Notes under the pieces: generated by a model | Databases searched by the model: none | Seen by the model: only the letters and a program-made list of their open reading frames with translations | What the model was told of the DNA's origin: nothing | Translations under genes and position numbers: made by a program | Shown: positions 42,404 through 51,650 of the stretch, one piece after another | Layout: each line of letters opens with the position of its first letter | Numbering within the stretch: the stretch's first letter is position 1 | DNA from: a virus | IMG/VR virus record: IMGVR_UViG_3300045988_082153 | Location: 1 to 64,000 of that record | Reading direction: 5' to 3' (one strand) | Length of the DNA: 64,000 nucleotides

Positions 42404-45400
42404 TGAGTTCAATACCAACAAAACAGATAGATGGTGACGTTGCGGTTAGTCGTGACGTTAACATCGGCGGCAAGGCCACCATACGCGGTTCGGCAAAGGT
42501 CGGCCACAATCTGACCGTTGACGGCTGGCTTGAAGCCAAGAACATAAAAGGCCCGAACAAAGGCCTGTTCAAAACGGCGGCACAGCTACGCGAGGCTTAC
42601 CCTAATCCTCATGAAGGATGGTGGGCGTTGGTGACCGTAGAAGGCAGTGCAGCGTCAGATCATCTTGGCCAGCTCTATGTAGCTGACGGTGGTACATGGG
42701 TAGCGCAAGTTGACAGCAACGGTAATCCGCTGCTGAAGGGTAATCCTACGGTTGATAGCACCGAGTACATGGAAGCCGTGGAGGGAATGACAGCCGATCT
42801 CGAAGCCGTGAAGGTGGACGTTAACCAGAACAAGAGCGACATCAGCAGTTTGCGCACCACGCAGACCACGCAGGGTAACAGCATCAACACTCTAAATACC
42901 CAGATGAATACTGCACAGAGCGACATAACAACTCTGAAAAAGACCGTCAGTGACAACAAAACGGAACTTGCCAAGGGTGTGGCGGAAGTGCAGAGTGACC
43001 TCAACACTTTCAAAAAGACCAAAGGAGAGGCAGGAGGACTGGCACCGCTGGACGAGAACGGACAGGTGTCTTCGCAATATCTGCCCAGTTATGTGGACGA
43101 TGCCTTGGAATTTGGCTGCATCGTAAGTGATGTAACAGCGCAGATGTCTTCTGTATCTAAAAAATCAGATGATGAAAACTGCTCGGTTGTTTATAACAAG
43201 ACAACCAACACTTTCTTACTGAAATATTCCAAGCCATCAGAGTCTGAATTTGACTTACGTCCGACTATCACTTACTACAACAATTGGCTCGATGGTGACT
43301 TGTACGGTGAAGCCACCATGAACGGTCGTGTGCCCCACAGCGGCAAGATATTCATGGACGTAAGCACCAACAAGACCTACCGCTGGGCAGGGACAAAACT
43401 TGCCGTAATCGGTTCAGACCTTGCGCTCGGTCATACCAGCGGCACCGCATTTCCTGGTAATGAAGGAGCCGACATTCAGGAACGTATGAACGAGGTGGAG
43501 AGTACAGCTGACATCAACCGTCAACTGATAGAAAATACCTCCACAGAACTACTATGTCGCAACACAATCAATGCTAATAACCTGCTATCGTTGGGCGAAA
43601 GGGAGGTGACACTATCTGTTGTGCTTGAAAAAATCTTCGATTTGGAGAACAGCGTGCGCTATATGAAGCCCGGTATTGTTCTATCATTCCTTTCAGAAAC
43701 AGGCATACAAAACAAGCAGTGGACGAACTACGGCAAGAAAACAGAAACAGATTGGAAAACCGAGGCCAACTGGACAGACTTCGGCTCGAACGGCAGTGCC
43801 ATAGGCAACACGGTGAATGTAAATGACATCTGCGATGATACTGAATACACCCTTTCTACCGCCATAAAAGCCGTGCTCGACAAGGAGAAAGAGAGCGGAC
43901 TGTCGTATATGAAAGCAGGTGTTGTGCTGACCTACAAGACCGCAGACATGACCAGCAACGGCTCGCCCAAATGGGAAGCCTACCAATTCACACGCAACGT
44001 AGAAGACATCAACCCAGCCGACTTGAAGCCGTGGGTGGAGTTTGGCGGAGGCGGCAACAATGCCGTACCCACCTCGGACACCCCAGAGAAAGACGGCAAG
44101 GAAGCCTTCTCGACAGGCGGCGCATACACCAACATACCCAACAACCTGCGCATCGACACCGAAACCCAAGGTGTGGTGAAACTCCAGCTGGAGAACGCCG
44201 AGCATGAAGCCGTGGGCGATGAGGTGCAGTTTGCCGTAGGCGGCGGTGGTGGAGAGAGTACAGGCACCATTGTGAGCATACAGTTTGAGCAAAGTCCGCT
44301 CTATGCCAAGGCAGGAGGCAGCGTGGTGATGAAAGCCGCCGTGCGAAGCATCACCACGCAAGGCAACAACGAGCTGAGCAACATGATAGAAAAGGTGGTT
44401 CTGAAAGACCGCGACACGGGACAGACCTTGGAGACTTTCATGTTCAACCGCGCCTCGTCAGCCAGCGGAGACACCTACGACTTCGAGATGGACGTGAGCA
44501 GCTACTTCGTGACCGCCACAACAAAGAGGTTCCAACTCATAGCCTACGACGATGCAGGAAACACGGGAAGCCGCAACATCAACGTGAGCGGTGTGGACGT
44601 GACCATCAGCAGTGTGCAGACACTGAACTACACCAGCAGCACCTCGCTTGCCGTAGGCGGAGTCGCCAAGAGCATACCGATGTACAAGTTTGCCAACAAC
44701 GCTTCGGACAAGGGCATCAAGGTTATTACCGAGATATACATGAACGGCGAGTGGAAGACCCTCGGCGAGCAGACCATACTTGACACCTACTCGCATAGCA
44801 TCACCGTGGATCCAAAGAGCTGCTTGACTGAAGCACTCACGCACGGAGCCTATCCCCTGCGCATCCATGGCGAAGATGTGGGCAGCGGTGTGAGGGGCAA
44901 CTACCTGCATACCGCCATTATGGTAGTGGAAGCAGGGAACAATACCCCAATCATCGCCATGCGGTGGTACACCGACCAGCTGAAAGGCAAGCGCAAGCTA
45001 TACGAGAACATCGAAATAGACTATGCCGTGTATGTAGGCGACAACGATGAGCCGCAAGCCACCATACTCTATGACGGAGCAAAGGAGACCACCGCCATAG
45101 CCTACCGCCAGCAGACCAACACCTACACCAAGCAAGTGCTTGAGAGCGTGCATGACGGCACGAAGAGCGTGTCGGTGCAAGTGACGTGCGGCGACAGCCA
45201 AGGCGAGACCGCTACATTTGTGGTGGACGGTTCGCTTGTAGACGTGGAAGAAGTGACCACCCTCAGAGAGTTCAACATCACAATGGACTCACGCAGCAAC
45301 GGCGAGACCGACAAGAGCATCAAGGACGGCAGCGTGGAGGTGAACGTGGAGAACTGTAACTGGAGCAGCAACGGCTTTGTAAAGGACACCTACGGCACAC

Positions 45401-48400
45401 CCACCTACGGAACGGAGAACGACAAGGGACGCATGGCACTGCGCATAGCAGAGGACATGAAAGCCCGATGCACCTACAAACCATTCTCCGGCACAAGCAT
45501 CGAGCAGAACGGACTGGCACTGAGTTTCACCATCAAGGTGAAGAACGTGGAAGACCGCACGGCAAGGCTCATAGACTGCCTTGGCGACAACTCGCTCGGC
45601 TTCTATGTGACAGGCGAGAAGCTTGTATTCACCTGCGACGGAGCCACCGCCGCCAACCAAGACGACCTTGGCGCACAGCAGACCGCCGTAGCCCTGTATG
45701 CGACCGACAAGGAGACCCGCTTTGACATCGTGATAGAGCCGACCAGCATTGCCCCCTACTCGGGTATAGGCAGCATCAAGATATATGTGAACGGAGACGA
45801 GGTAGCAGCCACCTACTACAATGCAGGACGCTTCGCGCACAACGACATGACGATGCTCTTTGACGGCACAAAAGCCGACATCTACCTGTACCGCCTCACG
45901 GCATGGGCGACCTACTACAACTACCGCCAAGCGTTCAACAACTACCTCGTAGGACAGAAAGACACCACCGCCATGCTGACCGAATACGAGAAGAACCAAG
46001 TGATGGCATCGCAGACGGCAGAGGGAATAACCAAAGACCGCCCCACACTGCAAGCGTGCATGAACGCAGGACTGTGCTGCGTGACGCTGCTGAAGAACGC
46101 CGACACCCCCGACATAGAGCAGAGCTACCCCGGCTACCTTGACAAGCTGGACGGCGACAAGAAGACCAAAGCCTACTTTGACTGGGTAATCCGTTTTCCC
46201 GACCGCCCATGGCAGGACTGCAAGGTGTACAATGTGCCGACCACCAACCAAGGCACGACCTCATCGCTTCGCCCAATCAAGAACAAGAAAGGCAAGTTCA
46301 AGGGCTGCAAGATTGAGATGCTCCACACCGAGGAGGACTTCAAGGACAACCCGACGGCACTCGCTAAGTTCAAGACGGCACAGAAGATGGCAGCGAAGAG
46401 CCAAATACAGGTGATAGACGGCGGCTTGTGGGTAAAGACCATAACAATCAAGGTGGACTATTCCGACTCGACAGGCGCGAACAACGGAGCCACGATGGAA
46501 CTGTTCAACAAGGTGCAGCGCGCCATGGGAGCCGACTATATGACCCCTGCACAGAACGCCTACAACGGCGAAGGCACGATGAACACCAGCATCGACAGCG
46601 TGACGTGCGCCCTGTTCCGCACCGACCAGCAGAGCGTGGATGCCACCAACGAGACCTACGCCTACTTCCATGCCAAGGCCAACTTCAACGTGGACAAGGG
46701 CAACCCCTCTTTCTTCGGCTTCGAGAAAGTGAGCGGCTACAACGGAGATTGCTTGAACTATGGCGACTTCAAGGAACTCGTGGCAGAGAAAGGCCAAGAC
46801 ATCAACATCTTCAAGGTACAGTCCCTTGCCAAGAGTGACGAACTCATAGCCTCGAACATCTACATGCTCTCGGAGTACTGCGGCGAGAAGCACATCTTCC
46901 TGGAGAATGACGGTACGGGAAAAATGGCAGAGTGTGATGCTACCGCCGACCCGACCGAAGTGGACAAGAGCCTTGCCGAAGTCATTGCCGATGATGTGAA
47001 GAACTATGACTGGGGAACGGTGTACTTGACCAACGACTACAAGTATGTGAAGTACACAGGCGGCAAGTGGAAAGACACCACGGGCAAGATGCAGTATGAC
47101 CAGAGCGTGAAGAAATGGACGGTGACAGGCAGAGTGCTGAACCCTGTGGAGTGCTTCGAGTACTTGAAGTATGACAGTCTGTGCTGGCTGCAAGGCGTGA
47201 ACGGCATCGAAGACATGATGAAGCTCGACCCTGCCACAAGCAAACCCATCTGGCTGAGTTACTACGAAAGCCGATACCCCGATGATGACGACTTGAACGA
47301 CCTGTATGCGCAGGGCAAGAAAGTGCCGTACCGCCTGTACAAGTGGCTGCGGTGGACGCAAGACTGCTCGCAAGACCGCACAGAGGCAGACGGCGACATC
47401 ACCATTCACGGCAAGACCGTGGCAGGAACCAAGGAGAACCGTCTGAAGAAGTTCTGCGAAGAGCTGCACGAATGGGCCAACGTGAAATCCACATTGTCGT
47501 ATGTGGTGGGCAGCGATTATGTATTGGCCGTTGACCAGCGAAGCAAGAACATGATGATAACGTTCTACCTCGACACCAACGGACTGGTACGCGCCTACTT
47601 CAACCACTGGTATGATGGTGACTGCGTGTGGCTCTCGGACAACGACTGCGGTGTGACCATACCTTGGGACTTGGACAGCAAGGTAGACCCCAAGCACTAC
47701 TACCAAGGCTGGAACTCGGTGATGTTCCAGCAAGCGTATGCAGGAGACAAGTTCTGGCTTGACGACAAGGGCAGCACTACCGTAACACTGCATGATGTGG
47801 CGCAGGATATGCGCACGGCAGAGGCAGACGGCATCAAGATATTCTCGGCAGACGGCTGCAAGAAGCTGTGGATAACCGACCGCATAGACAAGTGGGCGAA
47901 GATAACCAGTTCGTTTGACAACGAGCGCAAATACATAGAGAACTCCAAGGCAGGAGCCAACTACTACTATGCCGTACACGGACTGAGGTATGAAGACCTG
48001 CCTGTAACGTTTGAGAAGCGTTTCGCCTATCGTGACGGCTTCTACCAAGTTGGCGAGCTGTACACCAACCCGTTCAAGATGCGTGCCGTGGGTACGGACA
48101 TCAGCATCAAGATAACGGCAGCGCAGGACGCATTCTTCGGACTGGGTGTGGACCGTGCAGACGCTTGTGTGGACAGCTGTTACCTCAAAGCAGGAGAAAG
48201 CTATACGCTGAAGAGCGGCATGACCGCCACAGGCTCGGGAACGATGCTCTATGTGTTTGGTGCGAAATACCTTGCCAGCCTTGACGTGAGCGGCTGCACA
48301 CCAAAGGCAGAGGGCTGGGACATCAGCAACTGCGACCTGCTGCAGGAGATAATCATCGGCGGTGAGGACTACACGCCAGAAGAAGGCAGCGGAGCCATCA

Positions 48401-50625
48401 CCCAACTGAACATGGGCAACAAGAGTTTCTTGAAGCGCATAGACGTGCGGAACACGAAGATAACGAGCATCATAGCCTCGTACTGTCCACGGCTGACCGA
48501 GGTGCTGGCGAGCGGTTCGCAACTTGCGAGCATTGACTTGGCAGAGACCGCCCCGATAGAAACGCTACAGTTGCCCGGTACTATGACCACACTCTACTTC
48601 AAGAACCTGCCACGGCTGACCTATCCCGGCGGACTGACCATTGAGGGCGGCATGAGCAAGGTGACGAAGATGTTCTTGGACGAATGTCCGAAGATAGACA
48701 CCATGACCTTGCTGCGGCAGATAACCACGGCAGGAGCGTTGAAGAGTGTGCGCATACCCGGCATCAATGCCACGGCAAGTGTGGAGATGCTGCGCGCTAT
48801 AAAGAATAGCGGTGCCGTGGGAATAGATGCCAACGGAGCAACCTACGATGAGAGCGGCCAGTGTAGTGGACTGTTGGGACGCTGGATATTGACAGAGTTG
48901 GTGGAAGATGAAGAGGTGGAAGCCCTGCAAACGTACTTCCCCAGACTGACCGTCATCAACTCGCAGTTCTCCATGGTGAAGATAGACGATGTAGTGAGCG
49001 GCGACTTCTGCGAGAAATACAGCAATCCCGAGAACGAGACAGGTGCCGACTACGACAAGACATTCGTGGCAAGCGGACACACACTGAAAATCGTGCAGAA
49101 CACCCATGCCTACAAGTGTACCTACAACAGTAAGTTGAAACAGATGGAAGGCAGACAACTGAGCGACACCGACTTCAACCGCCTCATTAACGGCGAAACC
49201 TTTGATGTGGGCGACAGCGCAGGAGAAGGCTTCGACATCTTCCACCATTTACCCCACTTCTGGTACAAAGGTGTGAACGACTACAAGAACCAAGTAAAGT
49301 ATATCTTCCACTCAATGACCGACAACGAGCCGCTGACCACCGTAGGCAAGAAGAAAGAAGCAATGCTTTCGGAGTTGCTCTATGCCGAGAATACAGGCAT
49401 CTATGCAGACGAGGCGCAGGAGGGCGAGACCATCGGCGACAACATCATCACGACAGCCGCCAACGTGAATGCCTACCGCATGGACGTGGAAGGCATGAAG
49501 CAAGTGAGGTGGCCTGGACTGAACCATGCAAGGCTCGGAGCCGTGTTCACCGATGCGAGCGGAAAGATAGTAGGCAAGTTCATCATGATGGTGAGCCACA
49601 CCTACTTTGACTTCACCATAGGCAAATATGTGTTCTGTGATGTGCCGAACGGTGCCAAGTGGATGTACTTCACATCGTATCGCGACATCGAAGACACCAT
49701 GTGTCTTGCCGTTGACAGCGAGAGTTTGGAAGCCATAGAACCCGAATGGACGGAGCATACCGTGGGCGATGTGGACAGCCTCGTTGGAACGTACCCCATA
49801 ACCATAGACGGACTGAAACGCCCCCGAAGCATATCGGGAGCGGTGCGTTCGAAGAAAGGCGACGGAACATCGCAGACCTCAAACGAATGGGCATACGACA
49901 GCGAGGGCAACCCGACGGAGATGCCTAACGGCACGTTGCACTTCACCGACAAGGACTTCCAGAACTGCTGCCGTATGCGTGGCGAGGGTTATCAGTTGCA
50001 AGACTACGAGATGCACAAGGAGATAAGCAACCTGTGGTGGGCAACGCACGGCACGACCAACGAGCAAGCCGTTGTGGGCAACGGAGCGCATGATGCGATA
50101 CTGAACAGCCGCGACGACATAGGCATGGCCGACACCGCCTATGTGGGCAATGCGATGAACTCAATCATGGGCTTGAAGCACTATGTGGGCTGTGACTCGG
50201 AGTGGATGGACTACATAGCAGGAAACGTGAAGAGCTACACAGAGTTCTACAAGAACAGATGCGTGGAGACAAACGACGACCCTGTGGACTATGTGTTCCA
50301 CATCTACGACCCGATAAAGAAGACAGAGCGCATGGTACAGAGCGTTACCAGTGGCGGCAACTGCGTGGTGAGAGTTGTGCATGGAGCCAAGTGCGACATA
50401 TTGCCCAGCAAGGTGCATCAGACCGACACCAGCAAATACACGACCCACTATGCGGCAGGACTATGGTTCCCCGGCAGCAGAGGCCGCTGTGTTCTGCGGT
50501 CTGGCAACTACTCGTATGCGAACAGCGGTCTCGCTTGTGCGTACGCGAACTACGCTTCTTCGCACTCGTACACGGACTACGGCGGTCGGCTGGCCTTCCG
50601 CGGAAAATTCGTGATTGTTGACTAA
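42403..50625 (+). CDS. giant tail fibre / receptor-binding protein, 2740 aa, DGR target
   Basis: N-terminal fibre-like region with coiled coil and the GGLAPLDENGQVSSQYLPSYVDD motif common in tail fibres. Leucine-rich-repeat segment (~48268-48810). The C-terminus carries the DGR variable region. Confidence 0.85.
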   Translation: MSSIPTKQIDGDVAVSRDVNIGGKATIRGSAKVGHNLTVDGWLEAKNIKGPNKGLFKTAAQLREAYPNPHEGWWALVTVEGSAASDHLGQLYVADGGTWVAQVDSNGNPLLKGNPTVDSTEYMEAVEGMTADLEAVKVDVNQNKSDISSLRTTQTTQGNSINTLNTQMNTAQSDITTLKKTVSDNKTELAKGVAEVQSDLNTFKKTKGEAGGLAPLDENGQVSSQYLPSYVDDALEFGCIVSDVTAQMSSVSKKSDDENCSVVYNKTTNTFLLKYSKPSESEFDLRPTITYYNNWLDGDLYGEATMNGRVPHSGKIFMDVSTNKTYRWAGTKLAVIGSDLALGHTSGTAFPGNEGADIQERMNEVESTADINRQLIENTSTELLCRNTINANNLLSLGEREVTLSVVLEKIFDLENSVRYMKPGIVLSFLSETGIQNKQWTNYGKKTETDWKTEANWTDFGSNGSAIGNTVNVNDICDDTEYTLSTAIKAVLDKEKESGLSYMKAGVVLTYKTADMTSNGSPKWEAYQFTRNVEDINPADLKPWVEFGGGGNNAVPTSDTPEKDGKEAFSTGGAYTNIPNNLRIDTETQGVVKLQLENAEHEAVGDEVQFAVGGGGGESTGTIVSIQFEQSPLYAKAGGSVVMKAAVRSITTQGNNELSNMIEKVVLKDRDTGQTLETFMFNRASSASGDTYDFEMDVSSYFVTATTKRFQLIAYDDAGNTGSRNINVSGVDVTISSVQTLNYTSSTSLAVGGVAKSIPMYKFANNASDKGIKVITEIYMNGEWKTLGEQTILDTYSHSITVDPKSCLTEALTHGAYPLRIHGEDVGSGVRGNYLHTAIMVVEAGNNTPIIAMRWYTDQLKGKRKLYENIEIDYAVYVGDNDEPQATILYDGAKETTAIAYRQQTNTYTKQVLESVHDGTKSVSVQVTCGDSQGETATFVVDGSLVDVEEVTTLREFNITMDSRSNGETDKSIKDGSVEVNVENCNWSSNGFVKDTYGTPTYGTENDKGRMALRIAEDMKARCTYKPFSGTSIEQNGLALSFTIKVKNVEDRTARLIDCLGDNSLGFYVTGEKLVFTCDGATAANQDDLGAQQTAVALYATDKETRFDIVIEPTSIAPYSGIGSIKIYVNGDEVAATYYNAGRFAHNDMTMLFDGTKADIYLYRLTAWATYYNYRQAFNNYLVGQKDTTAMLTEYEKNQVMASQTAEGITKDRPTLQACMNAGLCCVTLLKNADTPDIEQSYPGYLDKLDGDKKTKAYFDWVIRFPDRPWQDCKVYNVPTTNQGTTSSLRPIKNKKGKFKGCKIEMLHTEEDFKDNPTALAKFKTAQKMAAKSQIQVIDGGLWVKTITIKVDYSDSTGANNGATMELFNKVQRAMGADYMTPAQNAYNGEGTMNTSIDSVTCALFRTDQQSVDATNETYAYFHAKANFNVDKGNPSFFGFEKVSGYNGDCLNYGDFKELVAEKGQDINIFKVQSLAKSDELIASNIYMLSEYCGEKHIFLENDGTGKMAECDATADPTEVDKSLAEVIADDVKNYDWGTVYLTNDYKYVKYTGGKWKDTTGKMQYDQSVKKWTVTGRVLNPVECFEYLKYDSLCWLQGVNGIEDMMKLDPATSKPIWLSYYESRYPDDDDLNDLYAQGKKVPYRLYKWLRWTQDCSQDRTEADGDITIHGKTVAGTKENRLKKFCEELHEWANVKSTLSYVVGSDYVLAVDQRSKNMMITFYLDTNGLVRAYFNHWYDGDCVWLSDNDCGVTIPWDLDSKVDPKHYYQGWNSVMFQQAYAGDKFWLDDKGSTTVTLHDVAQDMRTAEADGIKIFSADGCKKLWITDRIDKWAKITSSFDNERKYIENSKAGANYYYAVHGLRYEDLPVTFEKRFAYRDGFYQVGELYTNPFKMRAVGTDISIKITAAQDAFFGLGVDRADACVDSCYLKAGESYTLKSGMTATGSGTMLYVFGAKYLASLDVSGCTPKAEGWDISNCDLLQEIIIGGEDYTPEEGSGAITQLNMGNKSFLKRIDVRNTKITSIIASYCPRLTEVLASGSQLASIDLAETAPIETLQLPGTMTTLYFKNLPRLTYPGGLTIEGGMSKVTKMFLDECPKIDTMTLLRQITTAGALKSVRIPGINATASVEMLRAIKNSGAVGIDANGATYDESGQCSGLLGRWILTELVEDEEVEALQTYFPRLTVINSQFSMVKIDDVVSGDFCEKYSNPENETGADYDKTFVASGHTLKIVQNTHAYKCTYNSKLKQMEGRQLSDTDFNRLINGETFDVGDSAGEGFDIFHHLPHFWYKGVNDYKNQVKYIFHSMTDNEPLTTVGKKKEAMLSELLYAENTGIYADEAQEGETIGDNIITTAANVNAYRMDVEGMKQVRWPGLNHARLGAVFTDASGKIVGKFIMMVSHTYFDFTIGKYVFCDVPNGAKWMYFTSYRDIEDTMCLAVDSESLEAIEPEWTEHTVGDVDSLVGTYPITIDGLKRPRSISGAVRSKKGDGTSQTSNEWAYDSEGNPTEMPNGTLHFTDKDFQNCCRMRGEGYQLQDYEMHKEISNLWWATHGTTNEQAVVGNGAHDAILNSRDDIGMADTAYVGNAMNSIMGLKHYVGCDSEWMDYIAGNVKSYTEFYKNRCVETNDDPVDYVFHIYDPIKKTERMVQSVTSGGNCVVRVVHGAKCDILPSKVHQTDTSKYTTHYAAGLWFPGSRGRCVLRSGNYSYANSGLACAYANYASSHSYTDYGGRLAFRGKFVIVD
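50483..50598 (+). repeat. DGR variable region (VR)
   Basis: 116 nt, gapless match to TR 51437-51552. 105/116 positions identical, and all 11 mismatches lie at TR adenines. Confidence 0.92.
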
Positions 50626-50654
50626 GCGGAAAGCGAAAGCTCGAAAAAAGCGTC

Positions 50655-50721
50655 AGAGGGAGAGCCGACGAAAGGAGGCTGCTCCCTCTCCCTTTTTATC
50701 TCGCGTCAGCGAGATTTTTTA
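50655..50721 (+). terminator. tandem Rho-independent terminators after the tail-fibre gene
   Basis: AGAGGGAG/CTCCCTCT stem (50655-50690) then CCCTTTTT. ATCTCGC-GTCA-GCGAGAT (50698-50715) then TTTTTT. Confidence 0.6.
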
Positions 50722-50773
50722 TAGGCTCTGCAAAATAAAAGTAAAAGTTGTATGATATATCAACTTTTTGTAT

Positions 50774-50781
50774 TACCTTTG
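50774..50781 (+). promoter_or_regulatory. TAnnTTTG promoter element of the TA-TR-RT unit
   Basis: TACCTTTG ends 4 nt before ATG 50786, implying a leaderless or near-leaderless transcript. Confidence 0.35.
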
Positions 50782-50785
50782 CACC

Positions 50786-51121
50786 ATGAACTCAGAACGG
50801 AGAATACTGGTTTACAAAGATTATTTCCTCACGTTCTACCGCGCCTTGGAAGCAGGAGCGCAGAAGAAGATAGACTATGTGCTTGATGTGCTGAAGATGC
50901 AGGACAGAGTGAGCGAAAAATTTGTAAAGTACATAAAGGATGGTCTCTATGAAATAAGAGCCTCCTACAATGGTAATATATATCGAGCGTTCTTCATTTT
51001 CGACGAGGGCAACATCGTGATGCTCTTCAACGGCTTTCAGAAGAAAACCCAGAAGACACCCTCCAAAGAGATAGACAGAGCACTTGAACTTAAAAAGGAA
51101 TATTATGCAGGAAAGAAATGA
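50786..51121 (+). CDS. higB: RelE/ParE-superfamily toxin, Gp49/HigB-like
   Basis: ILVYKDYFLTFYRALEAGAQKKIDYVLDVL...GLYEIRASYNGNIYRAFFIFDEGNIVMLFNGFQKKTQKTPSKEIDRALELKKEY matches the phage Gp49-like toxin pattern. Confidence 0.85.
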   Translation: MNSERRILVYKDYFLTFYRALEAGAQKKIDYVLDVLKMQDRVSEKFVKYIKDGLYEIRASYNGNIYRAFFIFDEGNIVMLFNGFQKKTQKTPSKEIDRALELKKEYYAGKK

Positions 51122-51407
51122 CATTAGCAGTTTTGATGCCATTCTTGACGCCAAGTATGGAGCAGTAGGAACTGCGGAAAGAGAGGCTTTCAGAAAAGAA
51201 GCCACCAACTATTGCGTGGGACAGATTATCTATGATGCCCGTAAGCAGGAGCACATGACCCAATCTGACCTCGCAAAGAAAGTCGGTACGGACAAGACCT
51301 ACATATCACGCATAGAGAAAGGTGTGATAGAGCCTGGTGTGGGAATGTTTTTCCGCATCATTGACGCTTTGGGACTAAAAGTGGACATTGTGCGTCCGAT
51401 AGTATAA
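51105..51407 (+). CDS. higA: XRE-family HTH antitoxin, HigA-like
   Basis: The ATG overlaps the toxin 3' end by 17 nt. HMTQSDLAKKVGTDKTYISRIEKGVIEPGVGMFFRIIDALGLKVDI is an HTH_3 motif. Confidence 0.85.
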   Translation: MQERNDISSFDAILDAKYGAVGTAEREAFRKEATNYCVGQIIYDARKQEHMTQSDLAKKVGTDKTYISRIEKGVIEPGVGMFFRIIDALGLKVDIVRPIV

Positions 51408-51436
51408 CAAGAAACAAAAGGCAGAAAATCCCACGC

Positions 51437-51552
51437 GCCGCTGTGTTCTGCGGTCTGGCAACAACTCGAATGCGAACAGCGGTCTCGCTTATGCGAACGC
51501 GAACAACGCTTCTTCGAACTCGAACACGAACTACGGCGGTCGGCTGAAATTC
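51437..51552 (+). repeat. DGR template repeat (TR)
   Basis: Read in the VR frame it gives RCVLRSGNNSNANSGLAYANANNASSNSNTNYGGRLKF, rich in AAC/AAT codons. Begins 29 nt after the higA stop and ends 98 nt before the RT ATG. Confidence 0.92.
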
Positions 51553-51650
51553 TAAGTGGTACTTAATCGGGGGACTCTGACGTGGCACGAGGATTGCCGC
51601 AAACAAACTCCGAGGGATTAGAGCCTCGGCAACAGCATGATAAACGAATT

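Noticed and set aside
45289-46251. 320-aa minus-strand ORF
   Set aside because: Same reasoning as above: an antisense artefact of the GC-rich tail-fibre segment.
46261-48522. 753-aa minus-strand ORF, the third-longest in the track
   Set aside because: It lies entirely antisense to the tail-fibre gene in its GC-rich part. The translation is low-complexity (V/H/A/R/G-rich) with no motifs. Stop-free antisense frames are expected where sense GC3 is high. The sense frame has clear fibre, LRR and DGR features.
51358-51606. 82-aa minus-strand ORF spanning the TR (VRVRVRR... repeats), and the plus-strand alternate-frame ORFs 50202-50621 and 50375-50614 over the VR
   Set aside because: These are products of the AAC-rich TR/VR sequence read in the wrong frame or strand. 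The TR is a non-coding template, and the VR is read in the tail-fibre frame.
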